A DNA stretch of 64,000 nucleotides, from the sequence record PP496440.1. One strand, given 5' to 3'. The notes beneath the pieces are model-generated. The model did no database searches. It was not told where the DNA came from and was given only the letters and a program-made list of their open reading frames with translations. Within the stretch, counting starts at the first letter, position 1. Each line of letters starts with the position of its first letter. This document shows, one piece after another, positions 16,859 to 25,568 of this stretch. A program made the position numbers and the translations under genes.

Positions 16859-18462
16859 TTGTTCCACTCCTTGCGAGCCTTCAATTGGGCCTCGGTAGGG
16901 GCCACCCGGAACCGTGTGTTCTGGGGTGACAAGTTCTTGAGCAGTGTGGTGGTCACGCATTCGTGCGGCGTGATATGCAGCAGCAGGTCACTGGCTCGGG
17001 TGTACGAAACGTATTGCACGTGGGGTAGCTGACCGTCTTCACAGTCGAACCAGTCATCGATCACCGCAACCCGTTCGCTCTCCATACCCTTCGCACCCCA
17101 TGAGGTGTTCAGCTCCACACCTTTGCCGTGGTCGTTGGCAATGATCTTGGTGATGAACGTCTTCACTTCGGCGGCGCTACCCAGGTCCCAGTTGGTGACG
17201 ATGTACAGCGCAGCGTCTGCGGCATCCTTGATCAGCGGCTCCTTGGCCTCCTTGCGCAAATCATCCAAGGCCTTAACGAAGTCAAGAGTGGACTTGCGGC
17301 CACAGCGCATGGCGACACCGATCACTTGTTCCAGCACCTTGGCTTTCTTGAAGGTAACCTCCAGCCCCCGATCCATGTACTCCAGTGCGATACGGATCAG
17401 ATGCTTGTTGCGAGCGCTGACCACACGTTGCACGTCGAACTTTATCATGCTCTTGATACGGTACGGATCCTTCTTGGTGTGCGCCGTCAGCATCTTGACT
17501 TGCCCACCTTCGGCGAATGCTTCAAGCGGCACATTGGGGAAGCGACCTTTGACGAACTCAACGATCTTAGACTTAGACCGGTACGTGGTGGTCGAAGGTA
17601 GTCGCTTGGCGTTGAACTCCTTGAACATGTCAGCCATGCCCGCACTCAACCCGCCTCGGAACGCATAGATGGCCTGCCATGGATCACCGACGAAGACGAA
17701 CAACATGCCCGGCTTCAATCGGCGGAATAGGCGAAGCGTGTCGTGCTGCACAAGGTTGAAGTCTTGGAACTCATCGACGAACAACACGTCCGGCAGGATC
17801 TTCGCCAGCTTGGCGTACTGCGTGCGTATAAAGCTGTTGGCCAGAACCATGCGGCTCATATCGTTGAAGTCTACCGACGACGTGGTCTCGTCACTGGCTT
17901 CCAACGCTTCACAGATTTCAGGAAGCAGCGGCACCACCTTCTCATGCGGAATCAGGAAGCGATACTTGCCGGTGATCAGTTCCCTGATCTGCTTCTCGTT
18001 GCTGTAGGGGATACCCAATTCACGGATGCGCTCTCCGTGCCAGCGGATGTCCTTGTTCTTCCGGGGTCCATCTTGGGGGAACAGCGCATCCACCACCTGG
18101 AACCACTTGTCGAACATGATCGGTACGGCCTTGGAACCCGTCAAGGTCTTGAACAACTCCAAACCATAGCTGTGCATGGTGGAACTGGAGACTGCCCGAT
18201 CCTTAATACGCTGATCGAACACCTTGGCGTTGTCCGTGTTGAACACGATGGCGCGCATGGTCAGCTTCGGGCACTCTTTACGAATGCGGCGGATAGTCTC
18301 GATGATCAGGGTGGTCTTACCCGATCCGGCACCGGCATCGATACCCACTGCGTCTTGTGGCTTGCCGGTGTACAAGTCTTTAGGCATCGACTTGGCTTTC
18401 TTCAAGATCTCGTTGAAGATGTCATTCTGTTGCTTGGACCAAACTCTTTCAGTAGTGGACAT
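16855..18462 (-). CDS. UvrD/Rep-like SF1 helicase
   Basis: AGAGSGKTT (Walker A), VDEFQD, VGDPWQAIYAFRG, TYRS, and GAKGME...YVSYTRA. Confidence 0.9.
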   Translation of the reverse strand: MSTTERVWSKQQNDIFNEILKKAKSMPKDLYTGKPQDAVGIDAGAGSGKTTLIIETIRRIRKECPKLTMRAIVFNTDNAKVFDQRIKDRAVSSSTMHSYGLELFKTLTGSKAVPIMFDKWFQVVDALFPQDGPRKNKDIRWHGERIRELGIPYSNEKQIRELITGKYRFLIPHEKVVPLLPEICEALEASDETTSSVDFNDMSRMVLANSFIRTQYAKLAKILPDVLFVDEFQDFNLVQHDTLRLFRRLKPGMLFVFVGDPWQAIYAFRGGLSAGMADMFKEFNAKRLPSTTTYRSKSKIVEFVKGRFPNVPLEAFAEGGQVKMLTAHTKKDPYRIKSMIKFDVQRVVSARNKHLIRIALEYMDRGLEVTFKKAKVLEQVIGVAMRCGRKSTLDFVKALDDLRKEAKEPLIKDAADAALYIVTNWDLGSAAEVKTFITKIIANDHGKGVELNTSWGAKGMESERVAVIDDWFDCEDGQLPHVQYVSYTRASDLLLHITPHECVTTTLLKNLSPQNTRFRVAPTEAQLKARKEWNK

Positions 18463-18493
18463 TGGTTTACCTTAACGCTTCACGGTTTCCATC

Positions 18494-18527
18494 CATTTAC
18501 ACGAGGCCTATGCGCGTGGGGTAAATG
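18494..18527. promoter_or_regulatory. Back-to-back GTAAAT promoter motifs
   Basis: TGTAAATGG on the minus strand (18502-18494) and GGGTAAATG on the plus strand (18519-18527), between divergent genes. Confidence 0.65.
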
Positions 18528-18589
18528 AGCGTATAGCAATCGAATGCGTGGAATTAGCCCTTAACGGCGTCCCCACTAGTGGAGAACAC

Positions 18590-20068
18590 ATGAAATCTGT
18601 AGCCGTTGACTACCAAAAGATAGCCAAGGAATGCCAGTGCACCGAGCTGCCTTCCAAGGTAAGAGTTACTCGTGCACGGGTCTATCCAAACTTGAGGACG
18701 TGCCTACTCTTCCTCAAGTACGATGCCAAAGGTGAACTGGTACAAGCCGAGATCACTGCGCCGTACGACACGTCCACTGAGCCAAAGGTGAGGGTGCTCA
18801 AACATCCTGACAAGAAGTCAGACTTCCTTTCATTATATAGGGCGCTGATCCGCCACCAGATCATACCCGAGTCTATTCCGAAGAAAGGTAACGGGATTGC
18901 ACCAACGCTGGAGGTCATCGGCACACTGGTTAGCCTGCTGCCGGAACGGGATGTCGAAACCTTCCGAACCCTTACCCCGGCCATCCAGACTGGCAGCGTT
19001 ATGTACGTCCCTCTGGTTACGTCCCGGCCAATGCCCATGGTGCAACACTGGATACCTGTTGACCAGCATTCAGAGCTGGGCATGATCGAGCTGGTCGATA
19101 CGGATAGCAAGCCTTTCCTGAATCAGTGGGTCAACAGGTTGAGCAACACCGCCACCGGTTATGTGATCTACACCCCGGAAGGCTCACACGGTCAGGAACT
19201 CGCCTGCTTCCGGGTGCCCAATGTACAAGGGGAGGAACTGTGTGTGGTCAAGAAGGTTGACTTCACCCTGACTGTTGCTCGCACACTCAAGCCGGTACTG
19301 ACTGTATCCACCAAGAGTACTCGGGCAGTGTCCCGCATTCCCCTACCCCACTATCTGATGCTGCGCAATCACCACATCAAGGTGGGCACGGTTATTTCCC
19401 TGCGTCGTAACGACCGAGGTGGGTTGGTGTACCATGAGACGGTGGCCGAGGAAGGCATGACGCCCCTGCCGCTGTGTCCACACTGCCACAGTGGTTCTGT
19501 GCTGCGAGGTAGTAGCAATGACGTGTACTGCAATAACGATTCATGCCGAGGCCTAGCCATCGTGCGACTTCGTTATGTCTTGAACAACAAGCTGGACGTC
19601 AAGTACCTGAGCGACAATAAGGTAACGGCGCTGATCAATGACAAGCAGGACCTGTTCAGCTTGCTTAAGACACCGACGCACCAGTTACGGCATAGACCTG
19701 GCTTTGGTGCACGTACCGTGGACGCACTGGAGGAGAAGCTTAACACTATTGCCGGTCTTCCACTGCACACACTGGCCGAGATGTCCTGCGCTTTCTACAA
19801 CGTGGGCGTGCCCCCACTGGATGAGATGGTGTTCAAGAAGATCTTTTCCGTTATGTCGATTGACTACCTGAAAGCGCTGCCGTCTACCGGCAAGATGTAC
19901 AGTCAGCTGCTCGACATCGAAGGTATCCGCAACAACCGCGCAGTGGCTTTCCTTGCTGGCTGGCCTGCATTTCAACAGTGGATGATAGACCTGAACGCTG
20001 CCCTACAGTCTCGCAGCGCAATCTCCACCACGGTAAATAGCCCAAAACAAATTCGAGGTGTTAAATGA
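18590..20068 (+). CDS. NAD+-dependent DNA ligase-like protein with degenerate catalytic motifs
   Basis: LigA architecture: NTase-like region, OB fold (IKVGTVISLRR), Zn finger CPHC...YCNNDSC, HhH (RPGFGART). The KxDG motif is replaced by NLRT, and there is no BRCT domain. Confidence 0.75.
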   Translation: MKSVAVDYQKIAKECQCTELPSKVRVTRARVYPNLRTCLLFLKYDAKGELVQAEITAPYDTSTEPKVRVLKHPDKKSDFLSLYRALIRHQIIPESIPKKGNGIAPTLEVIGTLVSLLPERDVETFRTLTPAIQTGSVMYVPLVTSRPMPMVQHWIPVDQHSELGMIELVDTDSKPFLNQWVNRLSNTATGYVIYTPEGSHGQELACFRVPNVQGEELCVVKKVDFTLTVARTLKPVLTVSTKSTRAVSRIPLPHYLMLRNHHIKVGTVISLRRNDRGGLVYHETVAEEGMTPLPLCPHCHSGSVLRGSSNDVYCNNDSCRGLAIVRLRYVLNNKLDVKYLSDNKVTALINDKQDLFSLLKTPTHQLRHRPGFGARTVDALEEKLNTIAGLPLHTLAEMSCAFYNVGVPPLDEMVFKKIFSVMSIDYLKALPSTGKMYSQLLDIEGIRNNRAVAFLAGWPAFQQWMIDLNAALQSRSAISTTVNSPKQIRGVK

Positions 20069-20829
20069 ACGTTCAAAACAGAACTCGTATCGCTGTGCTT
20101 GTCGGCGGCGGTCTGGACTCCCACGCCTACATGGTGTTGAAAGCCGACCAGCCACAGACGGACTTCATTCATGTGGACTACGGCCAGCGGGTTGCAGTAG
20201 CCGAGAGAAACGCCGTGTTGCAAATGGCTGAGAAGCTGGGCATTGCCCGCAGTCGCGTGTACACGCTGATCTGCAACAAGAAGAATCACATGCGCAAGGT
20301 CAATGACGGTGTGGGTGTGTTGTTTGGCACCGGCCCGGTCGAGATGGACAATGCGTTTGTTAAGGGGCGTAACCTGTTCCTGATTCAGAAGGCCATCGAG
20401 CTGGGCTACGGTCACGTGCACTTGACGCTGACCCAAGAGCGTGGCCGGATGTTCCCCGATGCCGATCTGGCATTCGTCCAGCTGGTTGACAACCTGATGC
20501 ACCGCAGTTATGACGTGAGGGTATCCGCCCCCTACATCATGGAAGACAAGCATCGGGTGATGTTCAAGGCGTATCGGCATTGCCCCGAGTTCCTCGATAT
20601 GTCTTTCACGTGCTGGGTAGGTCCTTATGTGGAATGTGGCACGTGCCCGCACTGCGTCAAGAAGGAAAAGATTCGAGCCGAGATGATCGTTGAGAAAGCC
20701 GACTACGATCTCAACAAGGATGAACGTGAGGCGCAGTGGAAGCAAGTCAAGGCAGGCTACGGCGACGCGTTGAAGCCCGCTGAGACCATCAACGCGACGG
20801 TATCTGTTGCTAAGGGGGAATTTAAATGA
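20065..20829 (+). CDS. queC: QueC-like PP-loop ATPase (paralogue 1)
   Basis: VLVGGGLDS, VDYGQR, FVKGRN, FPDAD and TCW...CGTCPHC Zn motif. Confidence 0.8.
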   Translation: MNVQNRTRIAVLVGGGLDSHAYMVLKADQPQTDFIHVDYGQRVAVAERNAVLQMAEKLGIARSRVYTLICNKKNHMRKVNDGVGVLFGTGPVEMDNAFVKGRNLFLIQKAIELGYGHVHLTLTQERGRMFPDADLAFVQLVDNLMHRSYDVRVSAPYIMEDKHRVMFKAYRHCPEFLDMSFTCWVGPYVECGTCPHCVKKEKIRAEMIVEKADYDLNKDEREAQWKQVKAGYGDALKPAETINATVSVAKGEFK

Positions 20830-21548
20830 ACAAGTTCTTAGGTTGGTTCAAGCGTCTGCTGGATAAGAAACAAAAGTCAGTCACGATGACGTTGACCGAC
20901 GCCGAAGGTAAGTTGGTCACCATTCACATACCGCAAGGTGCGGGTGTCGAATACACGCTCTCGAAGTCGGGCACCCACTTGAACATCTCAGTTAAAGACG
21001 ACGTGTTCATGTTGCGCACGAATGGCGCAGGAGGCAACGGAGGTGGCGGTGGCCGTGGAAGTTCCAAACCCGGTCTCAACGGTGGCCCCGGCCATACACC
21101 TATCCCCCGGTCCCCAAGCTTCACGGGCGCTGGTACGCCGAACTACGGTCACGCAGGCGACCCGCCTGTTGGTGCTCAAGCTTCGTTCCCTATCGGCGCC
21201 CGAGCAACTGTTTCTGGTGGTGGGCGCGTTGGTGGCCTGTCAGGTGGAAGCGCAAACGGCACAATGGCTGGTGGTGGAGATGGCTTAGTTCCCTCTCCAA
21301 TCCGTAGCTCTGATCGAGCTTACCTGATTAGAGGTTTGTATTACGTCATCACGACGAAGAAGATAACGGGAGAGCAATACCCGATCCATGAGCTTCTGCA
21401 TTGGGGTAAGAAGTCAATCGAACTCATGGGCAAGTTCTCCACCGTCCGAGACGCTATCGACGAACTCAAATTGAAGACGGGTATCCCATTCGAAGACCTG
21501 ACGGACTATCAGGTTGATTCCCTTCCCAAACGACTGTGCAAGCCTTGA
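20826..21548 (+). CDS. Glycine-rich protein
   Basis: 240 aa with a central G/P/S low-complexity tract; located between the two QueC paralogues. Confidence 0.7.
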   Translation: MNKFLGWFKRLLDKKQKSVTMTLTDAEGKLVTIHIPQGAGVEYTLSKSGTHLNISVKDDVFMLRTNGAGGNGGGGGRGSSKPGLNGGPGHTPIPRSPSFTGAGTPNYGHAGDPPVGAQASFPIGARATVSGGGRVGGLSGGSANGTMAGGGDGLVPSPIRSSDRAYLIRGLYYVITTKKITGEQYPIHELLHWGKKSIELMGKFSTVRDAIDELKLKTGIPFEDLTDYQVDSLPKRLCKP

Positions 21549-21550
21549 TC

Positions 21551-21559
21551 GGGTAAATG
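21551..21559 (+). promoter_or_regulatory. GTAAAT-type promoter motif
   Basis: GGGTAAATG about 28 nt upstream of QueC-like paralogue 2. Confidence 0.55.
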
Positions 21560-21586
21560 GCCCGTAACTAATCCGGAGACACCAGC

Positions 21587-22405
21587 ATGACCACTGCGCC
21601 CCCAAAGATTATCGTTGCATTCAGCGCCGGTACAGATTCAACTACAGCGGCCTACTACTATCGCAAGCTCGGCTATCAGGTAACGCTGGCCGTGTTCGAT
21701 GACGGCGCATGCAACGATCCACTTGGCCCTCTGTACGATCCGAACAAGCCGAAGGACTTGACCAACTTCTCGGATGAGTTCTACGATTACGTACGGATTC
21801 ACCAAGAGCACACGGAAGGCCATCTTCAGTTCGACTTCGTGGAGATTCGTTATCCGCAACTCGCATTGCTGGAAGCCAACAAGACAGCCAAGCCCGGTCG
21901 GGACAATGCAGCAGCAGCAGAGGCTGACGGCTTGGGCTTCTGGGTCGGCTTCAAGGGCCTGATGGCAATGTTGCTGATGAGCCACGGCGCCGCCAATGGT
22001 TACGAGGCAGTAGTCTTCGGCCACATGCCGTACAACAACCATTACGAAGATGAGCTGCCCCAGAACTTCGAGCTGCTGCGTCAGTACATGGTTACGGCCT
22101 ATGGCAGCCGAGTGGAAATTCCTCAGATCTACCACCCATTCTATCGACCGAATTTCGATACCAAGGAAAAGGTTATTGAGCTGGCGCAGGCAATCGGCGT
22201 GCCCTTGCGAGATACCTATTCGTGCCGCCGAGGTGAAGTAGAAACCCGAGGTATCCTCCTGCCACTTCTGCGTGGCGGTAACTCCAACTACGTGAGCCCC
22301 ACCTACCGTTGGAAGCATTGTGGTACGTGTGAGAACTGTGTCGAACGCAAGCGAGCCTTCGCGGCGCTGGGCATGAAAGATCCTGCCCCTTATATGGAAC
22401 ATTGA
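21587..22405 (+). CDS. queC: QueC-like PP-loop ATPase (paralogue 2)
   Basis: VAFSAGTDS, TKEKVIELA..IGVPLRDTYSC, HCGTCENCVERKRAF. Confidence 0.8.
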   Translation: MTTAPPKIIVAFSAGTDSTTAAYYYRKLGYQVTLAVFDDGACNDPLGPLYDPNKPKDLTNFSDEFYDYVRIHQEHTEGHLQFDFVEIRYPQLALLEANKTAKPGRDNAAAAEADGLGFWVGFKGLMAMLLMSHGAANGYEAVVFGHMPYNNHYEDELPQNFELLRQYMVTAYGSRVEIPQIYHPFYRPNFDTKEKVIELAQAIGVPLRDTYSCRRGEVETRGILLPLLRGGNSNYVSPTYRWKHCGTCENCVERKRAFAALGMKDPAPYMEH

Positions 22406-22406
22406 T

Positions 22407-23423
22407 ATGGCCCTTTCAATCTGGCCGCTGACCGAAGGTGAACTCGGTCAGGGCCTCGTCAACGAACTGAATCGTACCAGCAAGGCGCTGGTGAACCGGA
22501 GTATGTGGTCTTTGCCATTGCTCCGGCGTTTGTTTTATCGGCGCACCGAGATTGGTGTCCCGGAGCTACTCCACGTCTGTACCAGCATTCATCGGGGCAA
22601 GACTTACTTCTGCCTGTTGGTGAACTTCCGAGATGTGGTGATGGGCAACCCCGAGCAATACGGATGGGACCTAGCTGGCCGGTGGTTGTTCTACGATGTG
22701 GATCTGCTGGATACCCCGGAGTTTAAACAGGTAAACGCGGCTATTCGTAAGGTGGCTACGGTCAACACGGTTACCTACGGTCAAGCATTCGTTCCGGATG
22801 AAGGTGGTATGGGGGAGGAGCACTGGATCAAGAAACTGAAAGGTAACTACCGCCCCCACATCTTCGGCGAAAAGTCAAAACAGGTTATCGTCAGTCAGAC
22901 CTGCGGACACGCGGCTACTCACGTTCTGACCGAGGCAGTGATGTCATTCGGTATCCAGCGCGCTGAGAGATTTCTCGCGGAAGGTCAGTCGGATGTCATG
23001 CCGGAGTTGTATGACCTACCCATGCAGCTAGCCGGTCTAGGCTCGATCCCTGGAACCCGGATTGGCACCGTGTCGCTCACCTGCCGGGATACCCGTGCGC
23101 TGATCGGTACCCTGTCGTTCTACGTTGTGGCAGGCTTGGGTCACAGTGATATCTTGTATATGCACGAGATGCTGATTGATCCGGATCCGAAGTGGAAGCC
23201 TCTATCGGTGGCCGTCAACTTGCACATTCAGGCAATCATGTATGTGCGCTATCTAAACAGCCGATCTGATCGGGCTTCGGACTTGGTTATCAACCTCGGA
23301 TTCAACTTGGACGAGAAGTACAACACATACAAAGAGGTGTTCCGTCCGAACAAGTCCGAAATGGAAATCTATACCGGCATGCACACCGAGCCCGGCGTCC
23401 CACTGTCCTGTTTCAAGGGGTAA
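22407..23423 (+). CDS. FemAB/GNAT-like transferase (paralogue 1)
   Basis: WIKKLKGNYR helix and C-terminal INLG...YKEVF, the pattern of FemAB/Acetyltransf_6-like proteins. Confidence 0.45.
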   Translation: MALSIWPLTEGELGQGLVNELNRTSKALVNRSMWSLPLLRRLFYRRTEIGVPELLHVCTSIHRGKTYFCLLVNFRDVVMGNPEQYGWDLAGRWLFYDVDLLDTPEFKQVNAAIRKVATVNTVTYGQAFVPDEGGMGEEHWIKKLKGNYRPHIFGEKSKQVIVSQTCGHAATHVLTEAVMSFGIQRAERFLAEGQSDVMPELYDLPMQLAGLGSIPGTRIGTVSLTCRDTRALIGTLSFYVVAGLGHSDILYMHEMLIDPDPKWKPLSVAVNLHIQAIMYVRYLNSRSDRASDLVINLGFNLDEKYNTYKEVFRPNKSEMEIYTGMHTEPGVPLSCFKG

Positions 23424-23426
23424 GAC

Positions 23427-24428
23427 ATGTACACTCCGTATTCCCAAAACAGTCTGATGCAATCGATCCCGTTGGATGACCAAGGTACATTCGCCCATCC
23501 GCCGTATACGATGGAAGGAGAGTTAACCGACGTGTGGACGAATCCAAACCTATATGGGTTCGTCAGCCTGTTGAACGGCCAGAGCAATAGCCGGGCCTAT
23601 CGAGACTGGATGACCACCCACAATCTTCCAGCCCTGTTCCTCGGTCCGCACCATGAAGACAACTTCTGGTTTGAATTCAGCACTGGTCTTGTCCCCAACT
23701 GCACGCTGGACTACAACGAGATCAACGTCCAAGGCAACCTGCAGGACTTCCTTGGGAGATTGACGTCATCTCGCCGTCGCTCCGTGCTCAAGGCAAAAGA
23801 AACGGATACGACGATCCACAAGGCAGGCTCGGTAGCCAACTTCAACCTGTATCATCCGGTAGAGGGTAGGCTGTATAGTCTGACCGTGATTCACGAACGC
23901 CGGGTGATGAAAGACATTTCAGAGTTTATCGAATCTAAACTCTGGAGTATGAAGCATACGCCTACTGACCTCACGTACGGTGCATTCACCACCCTGATGG
24001 ATTACATCCGGTTGAAGCAGCGAGATGACACGCCGCTGGGCCACCGGTTGCGCAACGTACAGCTCTTGGTTATCCGAGATGAACGCTCCGGGTTTATCGT
24101 GTCGGTACACCTGGTGGCGATCAACACGTTGAAAGATGATTCCATGAACCCCACCAAGACGTACATGCACTCCTTTGCGCGCATCACTGTTCTCCCTGCA
24201 CGTATCGCCTTACTTGCGTTGATCAAGTCGGTTCAAGAGTTAAACGTCACCAGTCAGTATGCGTCCCGTGCACTGGCGAAGATTGACTATCTTGACGTGA
24301 GCAACGTGGTGCTGTCCGAGCGAGAGCAGTACAAGTCGGACTTCTTCACCGGCAAATGCCAAGTGCGTGCGTGGGCATCCCCGGCGCTGCTGGAACGACA
24401 GTTACCTTTCGTTACGCCGATCCCGTAA
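23427..24428 (+). CDS. FemAB/GNAT-like transferase (paralogue 2)
   Basis: FLGRLTSSRRRSVLKA and YLDVS...QYKSDF. Confidence 0.5.
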   Translation: MYTPYSQNSLMQSIPLDDQGTFAHPPYTMEGELTDVWTNPNLYGFVSLLNGQSNSRAYRDWMTTHNLPALFLGPHHEDNFWFEFSTGLVPNCTLDYNEINVQGNLQDFLGRLTSSRRRSVLKAKETDTTIHKAGSVANFNLYHPVEGRLYSLTVIHERRVMKDISEFIESKLWSMKHTPTDLTYGAFTTLMDYIRLKQRDDTPLGHRLRNVQLLVIRDERSGFIVSVHLVAINTLKDDSMNPTKTYMHSFARITVLPARIALLALIKSVQELNVTSQYASRALAKIDYLDVSNVVLSEREQYKSDFFTGKCQVRAWASPALLERQLPFVTPIP

Positions 24429-24430
24429 CT

Positions 24431-24439
24431 CTGTAAATG
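24431..24439 (+). promoter_or_regulatory. GTAAAT-type promoter motif
   Basis: CTGTAAATG in the intergenic gap upstream of 24483. Confidence 0.5.
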
Positions 24440-24482
24440 ATGGGAACAGCCCCACCATCACTTCATCTCTAGGGTAGTTCCC

Positions 24483-25535
24483 ATGCAAGACTTCGATAAG
24501 ATAATGATCGATAGTAGTTTGACATCCAATCTGGTGTACGCAGGGTTGGGTAACTTGATCACGCCCCGCGCACTTGACCTGCTGATCGAACATCAGGCTG
24601 CACTGGAAAACGTATACGCCAATCTGGAAACGGCCTATCAGATTACCCCACCCTTCCCTTGTGAAGCTGCATTCAATTCCCCTGACAAAGATCCTGTGCT
24701 GGTCGCCGACTATCTGAATGCTACTCCCGCCATCCGTTGCGGAGAGCTGGCTGGATTCGAGGCAAAGCCCGGCAGTTACTACCACGCCCCCGCTGCTGGC
24801 ATTTGCCCGGAACATCGCATCGATGTACGAGGTATGTCTTTGCGTGAGTTCGACCACTATCTGGTTGAGCGTAAGGAGGTGTCACGGATCACTACCAATC
24901 TGGTGGCCGACAAGTTCCGCTGTGAGACGCATGTGTACAAAGTGGATGAAGATCATATCCTGATCCATGACGCCGAACGAGTTGGGATCAGCCAGACGGA
25001 CTTCCGCCGCATGTGGGCGCAGACCCGCCGCCGGGAAATCGCTGAAAACTATCTGCAGTACATGCCCATCGAAGATTCCGCCAAGGATGATCAGGTGGTG
25101 CGACTGATCAACGAAGACGTAGCACGGGTGTTCGCCCAGAACGTCGACTACGACCGCATGATTCCGCCCGAGCTGATCTTCGATGGTCAGGGCAAGCCGG
25201 TGCTGACCGTGCTGAAAGATTGCAACGCCAAGGTATTGGGCATTGGTGTGTACGTCATCTACAAGTCAGCTGACCCAGAGCATGACAGCGAACTGCACTG
25301 GCGTGGCGCTTTCTACGATCACGAAGATCCTCGCGTAGCATCCATGGGCATTGAACACGCTCTGGTTGCCAGCGCACTGCACACAGCGTACGCCTGCAAC
25401 GCGGTCCTCTATCTGACCAAGGCACCTAAGTCCGTGTGCGACGCATGGAAGACGGAAGTGCACCAAGGTTACGGTCTGGTCCGTAATGCGATGCCGGAAC
25501 TGTCTGACACCCCTTACATTCTGGCTATCCAGTAA
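24483..25535 (+). CDS. GNAT-like transferase resembling ATE/Fem aminoacyl-transferases (paralogue 3)
   Basis: C-terminal AFYDHEDPRVASMG...VLYLTKAP...AWK resembles the ATE_C/Fem FYDP..SLG...YLG...YK pattern. Confidence 0.4.
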   Translation: MQDFDKIMIDSSLTSNLVYAGLGNLITPRALDLLIEHQAALENVYANLETAYQITPPFPCEAAFNSPDKDPVLVADYLNATPAIRCGELAGFEAKPGSYYHAPAAGICPEHRIDVRGMSLREFDHYLVERKEVSRITTNLVADKFRCETHVYKVDEDHILIHDAERVGISQTDFRRMWAQTRRREIAENYLQYMPIEDSAKDDQVVRLINEDVARVFAQNVDYDRMIPPELIFDGQGKPVLTVLKDCNAKVLGIGVYVIYKSADPEHDSELHWRGAFYDHEDPRVASMGIEHALVASALHTAYACNAVLYLTKAPKSVCDAWKTEVHQGYGLVRNAMPELSDTPYILAIQ

Positions 25536-25540
25536 ATAGC
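25531..25540 (+). promoter_or_regulatory. GTAAAT-type promoter motif
   Basis: AGTAAATAGC overlapping the upstream stop codon, about 29 nt before the ATP-grasp gene. Confidence 0.45.
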
Positions 25541-25568
25541 CGGTAACTCCATCCATTGAGGTACTTCC

